Source: Gemmata obscuriglobus (GTDB lineage: Bacteria > Planctomycetota > Planctomycetia > Gemmatales > Gemmataceae). From it: a stretch of 32,000 bases of DNA. Shown piece by piece: positions 8,728 through 17,837 of the stretch. The DNA lies in assembly GCF_008065095.1 (NCBI RefSeq), contig NZ_CP042911.1, positions 5,640,001 to 5,672,000 of the forward strand. Direction: 5' to 3'. Both the position numbers and the translations under genes were made by a program. Every line of letters begins with the position of its first letter. The stretch's first letter is position 1. Under the pieces are notes generated by a model. It worked only from the letters and a program-made list of their open reading frames with translations, was not told where the DNA came from and did no database searches.

Positions 8728-9489
8728 GTGCCCACGTCACACGACCTCGACCTGACCGCCCTCGCCCGCTGGGCCAACGAGCGCGTCCCCGACGCGCTGT
8801 TCTGGACCGTCAGCGGGTCGCACAGTTACGGGTTCCCGTCCGCGGACAGCGACATCGACCTGCGCGGGTGCTTCCGCGCGCCGCTCCGCGCCCTCGCGGG
8901 GCTGCGCCCGCCGGCCGAAACCCTGGAGCCGAAGGGGACGCTCGACGGGCGCGAGGTCGAGGCGGTGGCGCACGAGGCCGGCAAGTACCTGCGGATGCTG
9001 TGCAAGCACAACGGCTACGTTCTGGAACAGGTGTTCTCGCCGCTCGTGGCGCACGGGGCGGATTTCCTCGCGCGGCTGCGCCCCGTGGCCGCGAAATGCG
9101 TGACGAAGCACTGCTACAACCACTACCGGGGGTTCCTGCACACCCAGCGGCAGCAGTTCGAGAAGGAAAGCCCCAAGCGCGCCAAAACGCTCCTGTACGC
9201 GTACCGGGTGGCCCTCACCGGGGTTCACCTGCTCGAAACGGGCGAGGTGGAAACGCACCTGCCCACGCTCAACGAGCGGTTCAAACTCCCCTTCGTCCCC
9301 GAACTGATCGAGCGCAAGGCGGGCGCCGAGTTCGGTGCCCTGAGCGCCGTCGATGTCGAGTTCCACACCCGCCAGCTTACCGAATGGGAGCACCGGCTCG
9401 CCGCCGCGCACGAAGCGAGCACGCTGCCGACCGACGCGCCCGCACACGAACTGAACGCGCTGCTGCTCGAACTGCGCGACCTGCGCTGA
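8728..9489 (+). CDS. Nucleotidyltransferase-fold protein (PF10127 / RlaP-like, Pol-beta superfamily)
   Basis: GTG 8728. The N-terminal GSHSYGFPSADSDIDLRG is the GS-x-YG...SDxDxRG minimal nucleotidyltransferase signature, followed by a helical C-terminal domain. The family assignment is from memory. Confidence 0.6.
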   Translation: MPTSHDLDLTALARWANERVPDALFWTVSGSHSYGFPSADSDIDLRGCFRAPLRALAGLRPPAETLEPKGTLDGREVEAVAHEAGKYLRMLCKHNGYVLEQVFSPLVAHGADFLARLRPVAAKCVTKHCYNHYRGFLHTQRQQFEKESPKRAKTLLYAYRVALTGVHLLETGEVETHLPTLNERFKLPFVPELIERKAGAEFGALSAVDVEFHTRQLTEWEHRLAAAHEASTLPTDAPAHELNALLLELRDLR

Positions 9490-9517
9490 ACTCACCCATG
9501 AACCCACCTGCGGTGTC

Positions 9518-9596
9518 GCGTTCTTGACGAGCCGCGACCGCCAGGGAGTGGTGCCACGTCTCCCGCTCCCTGGCGGTCGCGGCTCGTCAAGAACGC
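9518..9596. repeat. 31-bp perfect inverted repeat (long hairpin), 17-nt loop
   Basis: gcgttcttgacgagccgcgaccgccagggag (9518-9548) is the exact reverse complement of ctccctggcggtcgcggctcgtcaagaacgc (9566-9596). It starts 29 nt after the stop of the 8728-9489 gene. Confidence 0.9.
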
Positions 9597-9681
9597 GGCA
9601 ATACTACCGGCTACGTGTATCAGAAACGGCACAGGCGCGACGGCGTGGGGTGCGGACGGCCGCGCACGTGCCGCGTGCGTC

Positions 9682-9833
9682 ATACCAAATCCGATTGAAG
9701 AGTATCGGTGATTGGGAGCGCCACCCGCCGGCTGACACCGGCGGTTCGACCGCGGCTCGTCGAACCGCCGGTGTCAGCCGGCGGGTGCAACCGACGCACT
9801 GCCGAGTAGTTACTCTTCAAGCGGATTTGGTAT
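9682..9833. repeat. Composite palindromic element: 23-bp outer inverted arms flanking a 29-bp perfect hairpin
   Basis: Outer arms ataccaaatccgattgaagagta (9682-9704) and tactcttcaagcggatttggtat (9811-9833) have 1 mismatch. Inner arms cacccgccggctgacaccggcggttcgac (9722-9750) and gtcgaaccgccggtgtcagccggcgggtg (9759-9787) are perfect with an 8-nt loop. Confidence 0.9.
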
Positions 9834-10029
9834 CAGACGGTCCCGCGCGCCGGGTTGGCGAGCGGTGGGGTCTTGCTCCGACAACCCAGACACAAACGCG
9901 AAACGCCCCTGCTGTAAGGCCCGGAGCGACCAGACGCCCCCAAGAATCGCAGAGAACCGGCCCCCCCAAGTTAAACTCACTCGCTGCCCTTCCCGTTCAG
10001 CCACCACGAATCACGCCGACGGGCATTTG

Positions 10030-10785
10030 CTACCCGCGGCCGACGAGCGGCATCTGCGTGGCCATGACGGTCATGAACAGCACGTTCGCGTCGAGCGGCA
10101 GGCCCGCCATGTACACGACCGCCCGCGCGACGTGTTCCACGTCCATCCGCGGTTCCGGGGCGACGGTGCCGTTCGCTTGAAGCACCCCGCCGGTCATGCG
10201 CTCGGTCATCTCGGTGGCGGCGTTCCCGATGTCGATCTGCCCGCACGCGATGTCGTACTTGCGGCCGTCCAGCGCCGCGGACTTCGTCAGACCCGTGATC
10301 GCGTGCTTGGTGGCCGTGTAGGGCGCGGAATTGGGGCGCGGGGCGGTTGCCGAAATGGACCCGTTGTTGATGATCCGGCCGCCGCGCGGGGCCTGCCCCT
10401 TCATCAGCCGGAACGCCTCCTGCGTGCAAAGGAACACGCCGGTCAGGTTCACGTCAACGACCGTCCGCCACTGGTCGAAGGTGAGGTCCTCCAGCGGCAC
10501 CGCGGGCGCGCTCACCCCGGCGTTGTTGAACAGCACGTCGAGCCGGCCGAACGCCTCCTGTGTGCGCCCGAAGAGCGCACGAACGGCGGCCGGATCGGTC
10601 ACGTCTGCGGCGACCGGCAGCACACCGGCACCGGCCGGCGCCAACGCGGCGGTAGCGGCGAGCGCGTCCGCCCGGCGCCCGGCGAGGACCACGCGGTAGC
10701 CCTCGCGCACGAGCGCGAGCGCCACCGCGCGGCCGATCCCCGACCCGGCCCCGGTCACCAGGGCCACTTTCCCCGTATGGGACAT
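10030..10785 (-). CDS. SDR-family oxidoreductase (short-chain dehydrogenase/reductase)
   Basis: ATG 10785. [10 protein letters not shown] glycine-rich NAD(P) motif, NNAG, and the catalytic YTATK (YxxxK). 251 aa. Confidence 0.88.
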   Translation of the reverse strand: MSHTGKVALVTGAGSGIGRAVALALVREGYRVVLAGRRADALAATAALAPAGAGVLPVAADVTDPAAVRALFGRTQEAFGRLDVLFNNAGVSAPAVPLEDLTFDQWRTVVDVNLTGVFLCTQEAFRLMKGQAPRGGRIINNGSISATAPRPNSAPYTATKHAITGLTKSAALDGRKYDIACGQIDIGNAATEMTERMTGGVLQANGTVAPEPRMDVEHVARAVVYMAGLPLDANVLFMTVMATQMPLVGRG

Positions 10786-10795
10786 GACGCCCCCC

Positions 10796-11674
10796 TTATT
10801 TCTGCTTGAGGTGTTTGTCGAAGAAGGCGATCGTCGCCCGCTCGGCGGTCTCGGCGTCCTTACCTTTGAACCCGTGACCGGCGCCTTCGAGCTTGAGCAG
10901 TTCGGCCTCCACCCCTGCGGCCTTCAGCTTGTCCACGAGCCACTCGGCCTGTTCGACGTGGACGTACTTGTCCTCGGTGCCGTGGACGCACAGCGTCGGG
11001 GCCGCGTTCGGGGTCACCCAGTACAACGGGCTCGCCTTGATGTGCAGCGGCCGCGCCTTCTCCAGGTTCCCGCCAAGGAACAGCGGCAGCACCTCGGCGG
11101 CGTCGACGCTCTTGCCGTAGGACTTGGTGAAGTCGCTGGGGCCGTACACGTTCACAACGCACTTCACGGCGCTGGAGAACGTCGAGTTACCGCCCGCCCC
11201 TTCAAACTCCTTGACGCCGGCGGTGACGCCAAGGAACTGTGCGAGGTGCCCGCCCGCGGACCCGCCGGTGACGCCGATGCGGTCGGGATCGATGCCGTAC
11301 TTCTTGGCGTTCGCGCGGAGCCAGCGGATGGCGGCCTTGGTGTCGTGGATCGCGGCCGGGAACGGGTACTTCGGCGCCAGCCGGTAGCTCACCGTGACAG
11401 CCACGTAGCCGCGCTCGGCGAGCCGGACGATCTGGCCGTTGTACCCCTCACGCGAGCCGGCGCGGAACCCGCCGCCGTGAATGCACAGCACGCACGGGAA
11501 CGGCCCGTCGCCCTTCGGCCGGGCGATATTGAGTTGCAGGTGCTGGTCGTCCGGGTTCGTGTACTCGACGCCCTTCTCGAACGTCACCGCGTCCGGAACG
11601 GGCGGGTCTTTTTGTGCGAACGCGGGCGAACCGGAGAAGGCAAGGGCGGCGAGGGCGGCAAGCGAGCGGATCAT
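10796..11674 (-). CDS. Secreted alpha/beta hydrolase (esterase/lipase, HGGG-type fold-3 family)
   Basis: ATG 11674 gives the signal peptide [20 protein letters not shown]. Oxyanion-hole motif CIHGGGF, nucleophile elbow [10 protein letters not shown]-terminal GAGHGF. The 11764 start in the ORF track adds 30 non-signal residues. Confidence 0.85.
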   Translation of the reverse strand: MIRSLAALAALAFSGSPAFAQKDPPVPDAVTFEKGVEYTNPDDQHLQLNIARPKGDGPFPCVLCIHGGGFRAGSREGYNGQIVRLAERGYVAVTVSYRLAPKYPFPAAIHDTKAAIRWLRANAKKYGIDPDRIGVTGGSAGGHLAQFLGVTAGVKEFEGAGGNSTFSSAVKCVVNVYGPSDFTKSYGKSVDAAEVLPLFLGGNLEKARPLHIKASPLYWVTPNAAPTLCVHGTEDKYVHVEQAEWLVDKLKAAGVEAELLKLEGAGHGFKGKDAETAERATIAFFDKHLKQK

Positions 11675-11782
11675 GCGGAGCGGCTCCGGCGCGGGGTGGG
11701 AGGTGGCGAGATTGTAACCCCGCCCGCCCGAGCCGCCAGTCCGTTTTCGCGGCACCACGCGCAAAACCGGATGGCCCCCGCG

Positions 11783-14668
11783 TCACCTCCGCTTCGGGTC
11801 GAACCGGTCGCGCACGGGGGCGAAGTCCGCGGCCCGCGCCGCGTACCACTCCAGCCGGCCCGGGTTCTCAAACTCCCCCGCCGAACGGGCCGCTTCCAGG
11901 CACCGGACCGCGTTGTCCGCCGCTTCCCGGGCCGCGACCGCACGGTCCTCAGGCGAAAGAGCCGGATCGGCCCCGATCTGCTTGGCGACCAGGCACCAGA
12001 CGAGCCCCTGTTCGGCCGACGCCCAGCCCGGCTGCCGCTTCCCCAGCGCACACAGCCCGGCGTCGTACGCGCCCCGCCAGTCGCCCGCGCGCAACCGCGC
12101 GTGCAACCCGTTCAGCTCCCACCGGGAACGGTTCCGCACCCGCGGGTCCTCGTCGGCGAGTGCCGCCCACTCGTTCGCCGACGCGCGGTGCCGGCCGGTG
12201 CGATCATACAGCTCCGCGCGCCCCGCCCGGGCGTCGGAGGCCGCGTCGACCGCCGGACGGAACCCCGGCGCGCGGCGGAGCACCGGCGCGAGCGCCCCCA
12301 GCGCTTGGTTGTACCGCTTCTCCGCGTCCGCGGTCAGCTCGCGCGCGCGGAGGCTGTTCGCGTGGCGGATACAGGCCCGGGCCAGTTCGACGCTCAGCCA
12401 GGAGTCGGGCGCGTCCGCGGGCTGGGCCGCGAACGACCGCTCCATCGTGCCGACCGCCTCGCGGAACGCCTCGTCGGCGCGGGCGGGGTGGTTCCGGGCG
12501 TGCCGGTAGTCCGCCAGCTCGAGCAGCCCCCCCACTCGGGCCGCGGAGTACGGCGCGTCCCGTGGCCCCAGCACCGGGTGCCGGTCCGCGACCTCGAGGG
12601 CGGCAGCGAACTGCCTCTCGCCCTCGTCCCAGCGCCCGAGAGCGCCGAGCGCGTGCGCGTACCCCTGGTGGGCCAACTGGACGAGCCGCAGGTGCTCCCC
12701 GCCGGCCGGGCCGGTTGTGGGCAGCTCGCGCGCGTGGTCCAGTGCCTTCCGCGCGGCCCGCTCACAGTCGGCGCGGTTCCCGCGGCGGTGCAGCAGCCGC
12801 GCCCAACGGTCGTACAGTTCGCGCGCGCGGCGCCGCTCCGCCCCTTCGAGCGGGTGCCGGAGCTTCGCCCGCTCCGCCACCACACCTTCGATCAGCCCGG
12901 CGGCCTCGCGGTACGCCCGCTCGGCCTCGTCGAGGCGCCCGAGGCTCGCCAGCGCCCCCGCCGCGCACATGAGCGATTCGCACCGCCGCCCCCGCGCGTC
13001 CGGGTTCGCCGGTTCCTTCCGCGCCCACCGCCCGGCCGCGTCGGCCGCCGCCCCGTATTCCGCCGCCGCCCCCGCATGGTTGTCGTTACGGGCCTCCAGG
13101 TAGCCCAGCCAGTGCGACACGTCGGCGAGCATCTGGAGCCACTCGGGCGTGTCGGACTTGCCGGCCAGCACGGAGGTGCAGAACGCGCGACCGGACTCCA
13201 GCAGCAGGAGCCGGGTGCCGCGCAGCTCGTCGTCCGCGAACCGCGGCTCGCGGGCCAGCTCGCGGACCGCGTCGCAGATCACCCGCCCCGCGACGCGCAG
13301 GTCGGCTTCGGACTGGTTCCGGGCCGCGTCCGCGTGGCCCTGTTGCTTCACCGCGGCGGCGTGCTCCGCCAGCGCGGTGGCTTGTTCCCGCTCGGCAGCG
13401 GCCAGCGCGCGGGCCAGTTCGTCCCGGGTCCGCTCGGCGGCGGCGCGCTGCTCCTCCGCCTCGCGCCGCGCCGCGTCGGCGGTGTCGCGGGCCGCGCGCT
13501 CGCCGTTGCGCGAGTGCAGCAGCTCCAGAGCCATCCCGCCGGTGAGCAAGCAGCCGGCGCTGGAAATGAGAAGGAAGCCGGCCGCGACGGGGTGGCGCCG
13601 ACTCCACCGCCACGCCCGCCCCGCCGGCCCCACCGGGCGCGCGGCGATCGGCTTGGCGCCCAGATAGCGGTCCAGGTCGTCCGCCAAGTCGCGCGCCGTC
13701 GCGTACCGCCGCGCCGGGACTTTCTCCAGGCACTTCGCCACGATCACCGCCAGGTCGCGGGGCGCCCGCGGTGCGAGGCGGCGCACGTCCGGGGCTTCGG
13801 TGCGGAGGATCTGGTTCAGGACGTCCGCGGCGTCCGAGCCGGCGAACGGGGGGCGCCCCGCGAGCATTTCGAACAGCAGCGCGCCGAGCCCGTACACGTC
13901 CACACTGGGGCCCGGCGGCGCCCCGCTGACCTGCTCCGGTGCCATGTAATTCGGGGTCCCGCACAGCACCCCGGTGCCGGTCAGGTCGGTGCCCCCGGCG
14001 AGCGCCTTCGCGAGCCCGAAGTCGGTCACCTTGGGGCGCACGTTCGGAAGCTGCAGCCCGTCGGTCCCGTCGCTGTTGCCGGGCCCCGCCCCCGAACCCG
14101 CCACCTGCGCGAGCAGGATGTTGGCGGGCTTGAGGTCGCGGTGAATGATCCCCCGCTCGTGCGCGTGGTGGATCGCGCGGGCCACGGCCGATGCCAGCCG
14201 GGCCGCGTCCCGCGCCGCGACCGGGTGCCCGTTCTGCCACTGCCGGAGCGTGCCGCCTTCGACCAACTCCAGTGCCATGTATGCGAACCCGGCACACTCG
14301 CCGACGTCGTACACCTGCACGATGTTCGGGTGGTGCAGCCGTGCCCCGGCTTCGGCCTCAATGCGGAACCGGGCCTTGTCTTCGTCGCGCGCGAGCGGCC
14401 CGCCCAGGATCACCTTCAGCGCCACGAGCCGATTCAGGCCGAGGTGCCGCGCTTTGTACACGACGCCCATGCCGCCGCGCCCGAGTTCGTCGAGGATCTC
14501 GTAACCCGGGAACGTGACCGGCGCGCGTGCCCGCGTGCCCGCGCCGGTCGGCACGCTGAAGAGTGTCCGTTCCGCGGTTTCGTCCGGCGGGGGCAGGGTG
14601 GAAACGGGTTCGGCGGGTACGGGACACGCGTGGGCCTGTTGTGGCCAGCGTCTGATGATTCGCGACAT
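11783..14668 (-). CDS. Membrane Ser/Thr protein kinase with large TPR-like extracytoplasmic C-terminal region
   Basis: ATG 14668. Hanks kinase motifs GRGGMGVVYKA, ALKVI, HRDLKPANILL, DFGLAK, GTPNYMAPE. One TM segment (HPVAAGFLLISSAGCLLTGGMAL), then about 560 aa of helical repeats rich in A/R/E/L. Confidence 0.9.
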   Translation of the reverse strand: MSRIIRRWPQQAHACPVPAEPVSTLPPPDETAERTLFSVPTGAGTRARAPVTFPGYEILDELGRGGMGVVYKARHLGLNRLVALKVILGGPLARDEDKARFRIEAEAGARLHHPNIVQVYDVGECAGFAYMALELVEGGTLRQWQNGHPVAARDAARLASAVARAIHHAHERGIIHRDLKPANILLAQVAGSGAGPGNSDGTDGLQLPNVRPKVTDFGLAKALAGGTDLTGTGVLCGTPNYMAPEQVSGAPPGPSVDVYGLGALLFEMLAGRPPFAGSDAADVLNQILRTEAPDVRRLAPRAPRDLAVIVAKCLEKVPARRYATARDLADDLDRYLGAKPIAARPVGPAGRAWRWSRRHPVAAGFLLISSAGCLLTGGMALELLHSRNGERAARDTADAARREAEEQRAAAERTRDELARALAAAEREQATALAEHAAAVKQQGHADAARNQSEADLRVAGRVICDAVRELAREPRFADDELRGTRLLLLESGRAFCTSVLAGKSDTPEWLQMLADVSHWLGYLEARNDNHAGAAAEYGAAADAAGRWARKEPANPDARGRRCESLMCAAGALASLGRLDEAERAYREAAGLIEGVVAERAKLRHPLEGAERRRARELYDRWARLLHRRGNRADCERAARKALDHARELPTTGPAGGEHLRLVQLAHQGYAHALGALGRWDEGERQFAAALEVADRHPVLGPRDAPYSAARVGGLLELADYRHARNHPARADEAFREAVGTMERSFAAQPADAPDSWLSVELARACIRHANSLRARELTADAEKRYNQALGALAPVLRRAPGFRPAVDAASDARAGRAELYDRTGRHRASANEWAALADEDPRVRNRSRWELNGLHARLRAGDWRGAYDAGLCALGKRQPGWASAEQGLVWCLVAKQIGADPALSPEDRAVAAREAADNAVRCLEAARSAGEFENPGRLEWYAARAADFAPVRDRFDPKRR

Positions 14669-14945
14669 CGCCGCTCCGGGCGTTGGTGGTTCTCACCCAA
14701 CCATACAACCGGCTACCGCCGGAGGCGCGCAGAGCGAACTTCACTTTTTCAGACTGCGGGGGGTCCCGACACGGTTTGCGTCGCAGCAGGGCCGTTCCTT
14801 GTTTCACGCCGCGCTGTTGAGGTCCGAAGTGAACATACGTTGTTGTTCTTCCCTGCTTCGGCACACGCCGTGTGGAACAAGGAACGGCCCTGTCCGCGAA
14901 GTGATCTTGTCTAGCTGAGTGCCCGTCGCTATGGCGGGCGGAACT

Positions 14946-17105
14946 ATGAAAACAACCTATTACCTCGTCACGGGCGCGGCTGTGGCCGTGGCCGCGCTGG
15001 TCGTGTACGCCCAGCTCCCGAATCTGAACGGCCCACTGCCGCCGGTCGAAGCGGCCGTGAACGCCGCGCCACCGGCCGATGTACCGCGTCTGCCGCTGCC
15101 CGCCGTCCCGGCCCCGCCGGATGAACCGCTGGGTATGCCCACAGCCCAGGCCAAACCGGACGAACGGCCGTCCCTCCCGATCCCGAGCGGCGCATCATCG
15201 GCCGAACTCGCGGCACCGCCACACGTGACACCGGTCGCACACAGCGACCCGGTTGGCACAGCACTCCCCCCTCTGCCGGTGATTCCGGCCGCGGCGGCAG
15301 TTCCACCGAGCTTGCCCGAGCTGCCGATCCCAACGGTTGCGGGTGCCGTGCCGGTGCCGCCGCCCGCCCCTCCGGTGAGCGTGCCCCCAGTTCCGGCGCC
15401 GGAACTTGTAATCCCGACTCCCTCGGTCCCGCCCCCGCCTCCGGCTTCAGAACCTGCGCCCTCTGCGGCACCGGTTCTGCCGCTCCCGACTCCGGATCCG
15501 ATCCCGGGCTCCAAAGTGGAGGCCGTGCCCCCTCCCCCGGCGGTCCCACCGCTGCCGGCTCCGGCCCCCGCGCCTGCGGCACCGGGAACGGCCGAGCGCC
15601 CGGCCGTCCCGTCGGCCAAGCCCGACGCGCCGGTTGATCCGGTCGTACTGCCGAGCCCCGCGCCGCAACCGGTTCCCACGCCGCCCGCAGCTCCCGCGCA
15701 GCCCCTCCCGGTCCCGACACCGGTGCTGCAACCGCCGGTCCAGACGGCTCCAGCCGCCCTCGCGCTCGCAGTCGTCGGTGGCAGCACGCCGGCGCACGAA
15801 GAAGCACTTCCCGGGACAAAATATGTCGTTCTGAAAGATGACAAGATCATTGAGGGAGGGGTGACGCTTCGCGGCGATATCGTCGTCGTTCGTCAGGGGG
15901 CGTTGGACCTACAATTTGGGAAGGGGCAAGTACAGTTCGTCGCGAACAACAAGGATGAGGTGTACAAGTTCCAGCTCGCGAAGGTGCCGGCGACCGACGC
16001 CACGGCTCGGTTGAAGGTCGCGCGGTGGTGCATGTTCAGTGGCCTCCGCGAGCAGGCCCTCGCCGAGGCGCGTGAGGTGCAAAAGCTGCAACCGGCGAAC
16101 GCCGACGCGGCGTCGCTCGTGCGCTCCCTGGAGCTCATGCTGCAACAGTTCCCGTCCGGCGCTGCTGTCAAAATGAACACGCCCGCGCCGCCGAACTTCC
16201 CAACGCAACTGTCCGCACGCCCGACCGCGCCAGCGGGTCCGAACGACTGCGACCCGGACCTGCCGCCCGAAGCGATCAAGCTCTTCGCGACGAAAGTGCA
16301 GCCGATTCTGGCGAATCAATGCGCCGAGTGCCACGCGAAACCGGACATTGCTGGGGCGTTCAAGATGGCCCGAGTCGATCCGGCCAACGCGACACCGAAG
16401 GCGACACGGGCGAACCTGTGGACCGTCGCCGGGCAACTGCGCAAGGACGACCCGGCGGCCAGCCCGCTGCTCCTAAAATCGCTCCAGGCGCACGGCGGGC
16501 AGCGGGCGCCGTCGTTCGCCACGCGTCAGGCGGTTGCTTACCGAACACTCGAAGCCTGGGTCGCAATCACGGCTGCAAAAACGGCTCCGATGATTCCTGC
16601 CGCTTCGGAAGTGTCCACGCCAGCCGCTCCGGTTCCGGTAGCACCTGCGCCCGCGTTTCCGCCGGTCGGAGTACCTGCGATCGAGCCGTCCCTTCCGCCG
16701 GCCGGTCCGGCGGTGGTTCCAGTTCCGACCACCCCGGCCGTTCCTTCCGTCCCCGCGCCGGCAGTTCCGGCGGCACCCGCCCCGAGCGTCGATCCGGGTA
16801 TGTCGCCCGCGATTCCGTCGGTTCCGTTGGCGGCTCCACCGGCCCCCGCTCTACCTTCGGTGCCCGCGGTTCCGTCGGTGCCGGCCACACCAGGGGTTCC
16901 GAGTGCTCCGTCGGTCCCGTCCGCAGCCCCGCCGCTCCCGGCGATTCCGGCTACCGCGCCGGCGCTGCCGAAGCCGCCCGCTTTGCCCGCGGCACCGCCG
17001 ATCCCGCCGGCCAGCGGGTTCGGTGAGGCAACTCCGCCCAAGCCGACCGGGCCGGTGGGCGGCGACGAATTCGACCCGGCCGGATTCAATCAACCGAAGA
17101 AGTAG
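14946..17105 (+). CDS. Membrane-anchored proline-rich protein with central globular domain and PSCyt-like CxxCH motif
   Basis: ATG 14946 gives MKTTYYLVTGAAVAVAALVVYAQ (TM anchor). In-frame alternatives are GTG 14919 and ATG 14931. Long P/A/V tracts flank a central region containing ILANQCAECHAKPD, which resembles the planctomycete cytochrome c (PSCyt1) motif. Confidence 0.75.
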   Translation: MKTTYYLVTGAAVAVAALVVYAQLPNLNGPLPPVEAAVNAAPPADVPRLPLPAVPAPPDEPLGMPTAQAKPDERPSLPIPSGASSAELAAPPHVTPVAHSDPVGTALPPLPVIPAAAAVPPSLPELPIPTVAGAVPVPPPAPPVSVPPVPAPELVIPTPSVPPPPPASEPAPSAAPVLPLPTPDPIPGSKVEAVPPPPAVPPLPAPAPAPAAPGTAERPAVPSAKPDAPVDPVVLPSPAPQPVPTPPAAPAQPLPVPTPVLQPPVQTAPAALALAVVGGSTPAHEEALPGTKYVVLKDDKIIEGGVTLRGDIVVVRQGALDLQFGKGQVQFVANNKDEVYKFQLAKVPATDATARLKVARWCMFSGLREQALAEAREVQKLQPANADAASLVRSLELMLQQFPSGAAVKMNTPAPPNFPTQLSARPTAPAGPNDCDPDLPPEAIKLFATKVQPILANQCAECHAKPDIAGAFKMARVDPANATPKATRANLWTVAGQLRKDDPAASPLLLKSLQAHGGQRAPSFATRQAVAYRTLEAWVAITAAKTAPMIPAASEVSTPAAPVPVAPAPAFPPVGVPAIEPSLPPAGPAVVPVPTTPAVPSVPAPAVPAAPAPSVDPGMSPAIPSVPLAAPPAPALPSVPAVPSVPATPGVPSAPSVPSAAPPLPAIPATAPALPKPPALPAAPPIPPASGFGEATPPKPTGPVGGDEFDPAGFNQPKK

Positions 17106-17114
17106 TCAACTGCC

Positions 17115-17185
17115 CGTAACGCCGGACGTGCCGGGGCCGAAGATCCATTATGTGGTTCTTCGGCCCCGGCACGTCCGGCGTTACG
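17115..17185. terminator. 29-bp perfect hairpin between convergent genes (putative bidirectional terminator)
   Basis: cgtaacgccggacgtgccggggccgaaga (17115-17143) and tcttcggccccggcacgtccggcgttacg (17157-17185), with a 13-nt loop. It lies between stop TAG 17103-17105 (+) and stop TAA 17188-17190 (-). There is no clear U-tract. Confidence 0.55.
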
Positions 17186-17187
17186 AA

Positions 17188-17799
17188 TTACAGAGAGGAA
17201 AAGTTGCGGAGCATCTGAACACCGATCCGCTGACTTTTCTCAGGGTGGAACTGTGTCGCGTAGACGTTGCCCTTCCACACCACCGAGCAAAACGGTGCGG
17301 GGTAATCGGCGGTCGCCACAACGATCTCACCTGCGGCTGGGGCTGCGAAATACGAGTGGACGAAGTACACCGCCGGGTCCGCGGGCAGTCCCTGGAACAG
17401 TGGGCAATCGGGCCTGACCAGCTTCAACGTGTTCCAGCCCATGTGCGGCACCTTCAGCGCCGGCGACGGGGGAAACTTAACAACGTCCCCCTGGAACACA
17501 TTCAACCCGGCGTGAACACCGTCTTCGTGGCTGCGCGAGAAGAGCAACTGCATTCCGAGGCAAATGCCGAGGAACGGGCGGCCCGCGTCAATGTGGCGCC
17601 GCACGGCCTCGTCGAGTCCCGTCTCGCGCAGCCGCGCGATGGCGTCTCGAAACGCACCGACCCCCGGTAGGACCACGCGCGACGCCGTCGCCACATGCTT
17701 CGGGTCGCCGCTGATCGTGGCGTTATGGCCGACCTGCTCGAACGCCTTCTGGACGCTCCGCAGATTCGCCATCCCGTAATCCACGATCACTGTTGCCAT
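17188..17799 (-). CDS. hisH: Imidazole glycerol phosphate synthase, glutamine amidotransferase subunit
   Basis: ATG 17799. MATVIVDYGMANLRSV, VLPGVGAF, catalytic GICLGMQLL, and FVHSY...TQFHPEKS (His/Glu of the triad). 203 aa. The longer 18114 start is an Arg-rich extension overlapping the upstream gene. Confidence 0.92.
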   Translation of the reverse strand: MATVIVDYGMANLRSVQKAFEQVGHNATISGDPKHVATASRVVLPGVGAFRDAIARLRETGLDEAVRRHIDAGRPFLGICLGMQLLFSRSHEDGVHAGLNVFQGDVVKFPPSPALKVPHMGWNTLKLVRPDCPLFQGLPADPAVYFVHSYFAAPAAGEIVVATADYPAPFCSVVWKGNVYATQFHPEKSQRIGVQMLRNFSSL

Positions 17800-17837
17800 C
17801 GAACGCACCTCAATTGGGAGAAAAACGCAACACGGTG

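Noticed and set aside
10784-14914. Giant 1376-aa plus-strand ORF
   Set aside because: It is antisense to the well-supported hydrolase and Ser/Thr kinase genes. Its R/P/G/A-dominated composition has no motifs. This is the typical stop-codon-poor antisense frame of high-GC DNA.
14960-15850. Gly-rich 296-aa and 283-aa minus-strand ORFs
   Set aside because: They are the mirror image of the proline-rich coding tract on the plus strand (CCN codons read as GGN). They have no start context or domain.
5944-17185. The long palindromes as a possible CRISPR array
   Set aside because: They are inverted repeats, not direct repeats. Their sequences differ from one another, they are kilobases apart with genes in between, and no cas genes are present.
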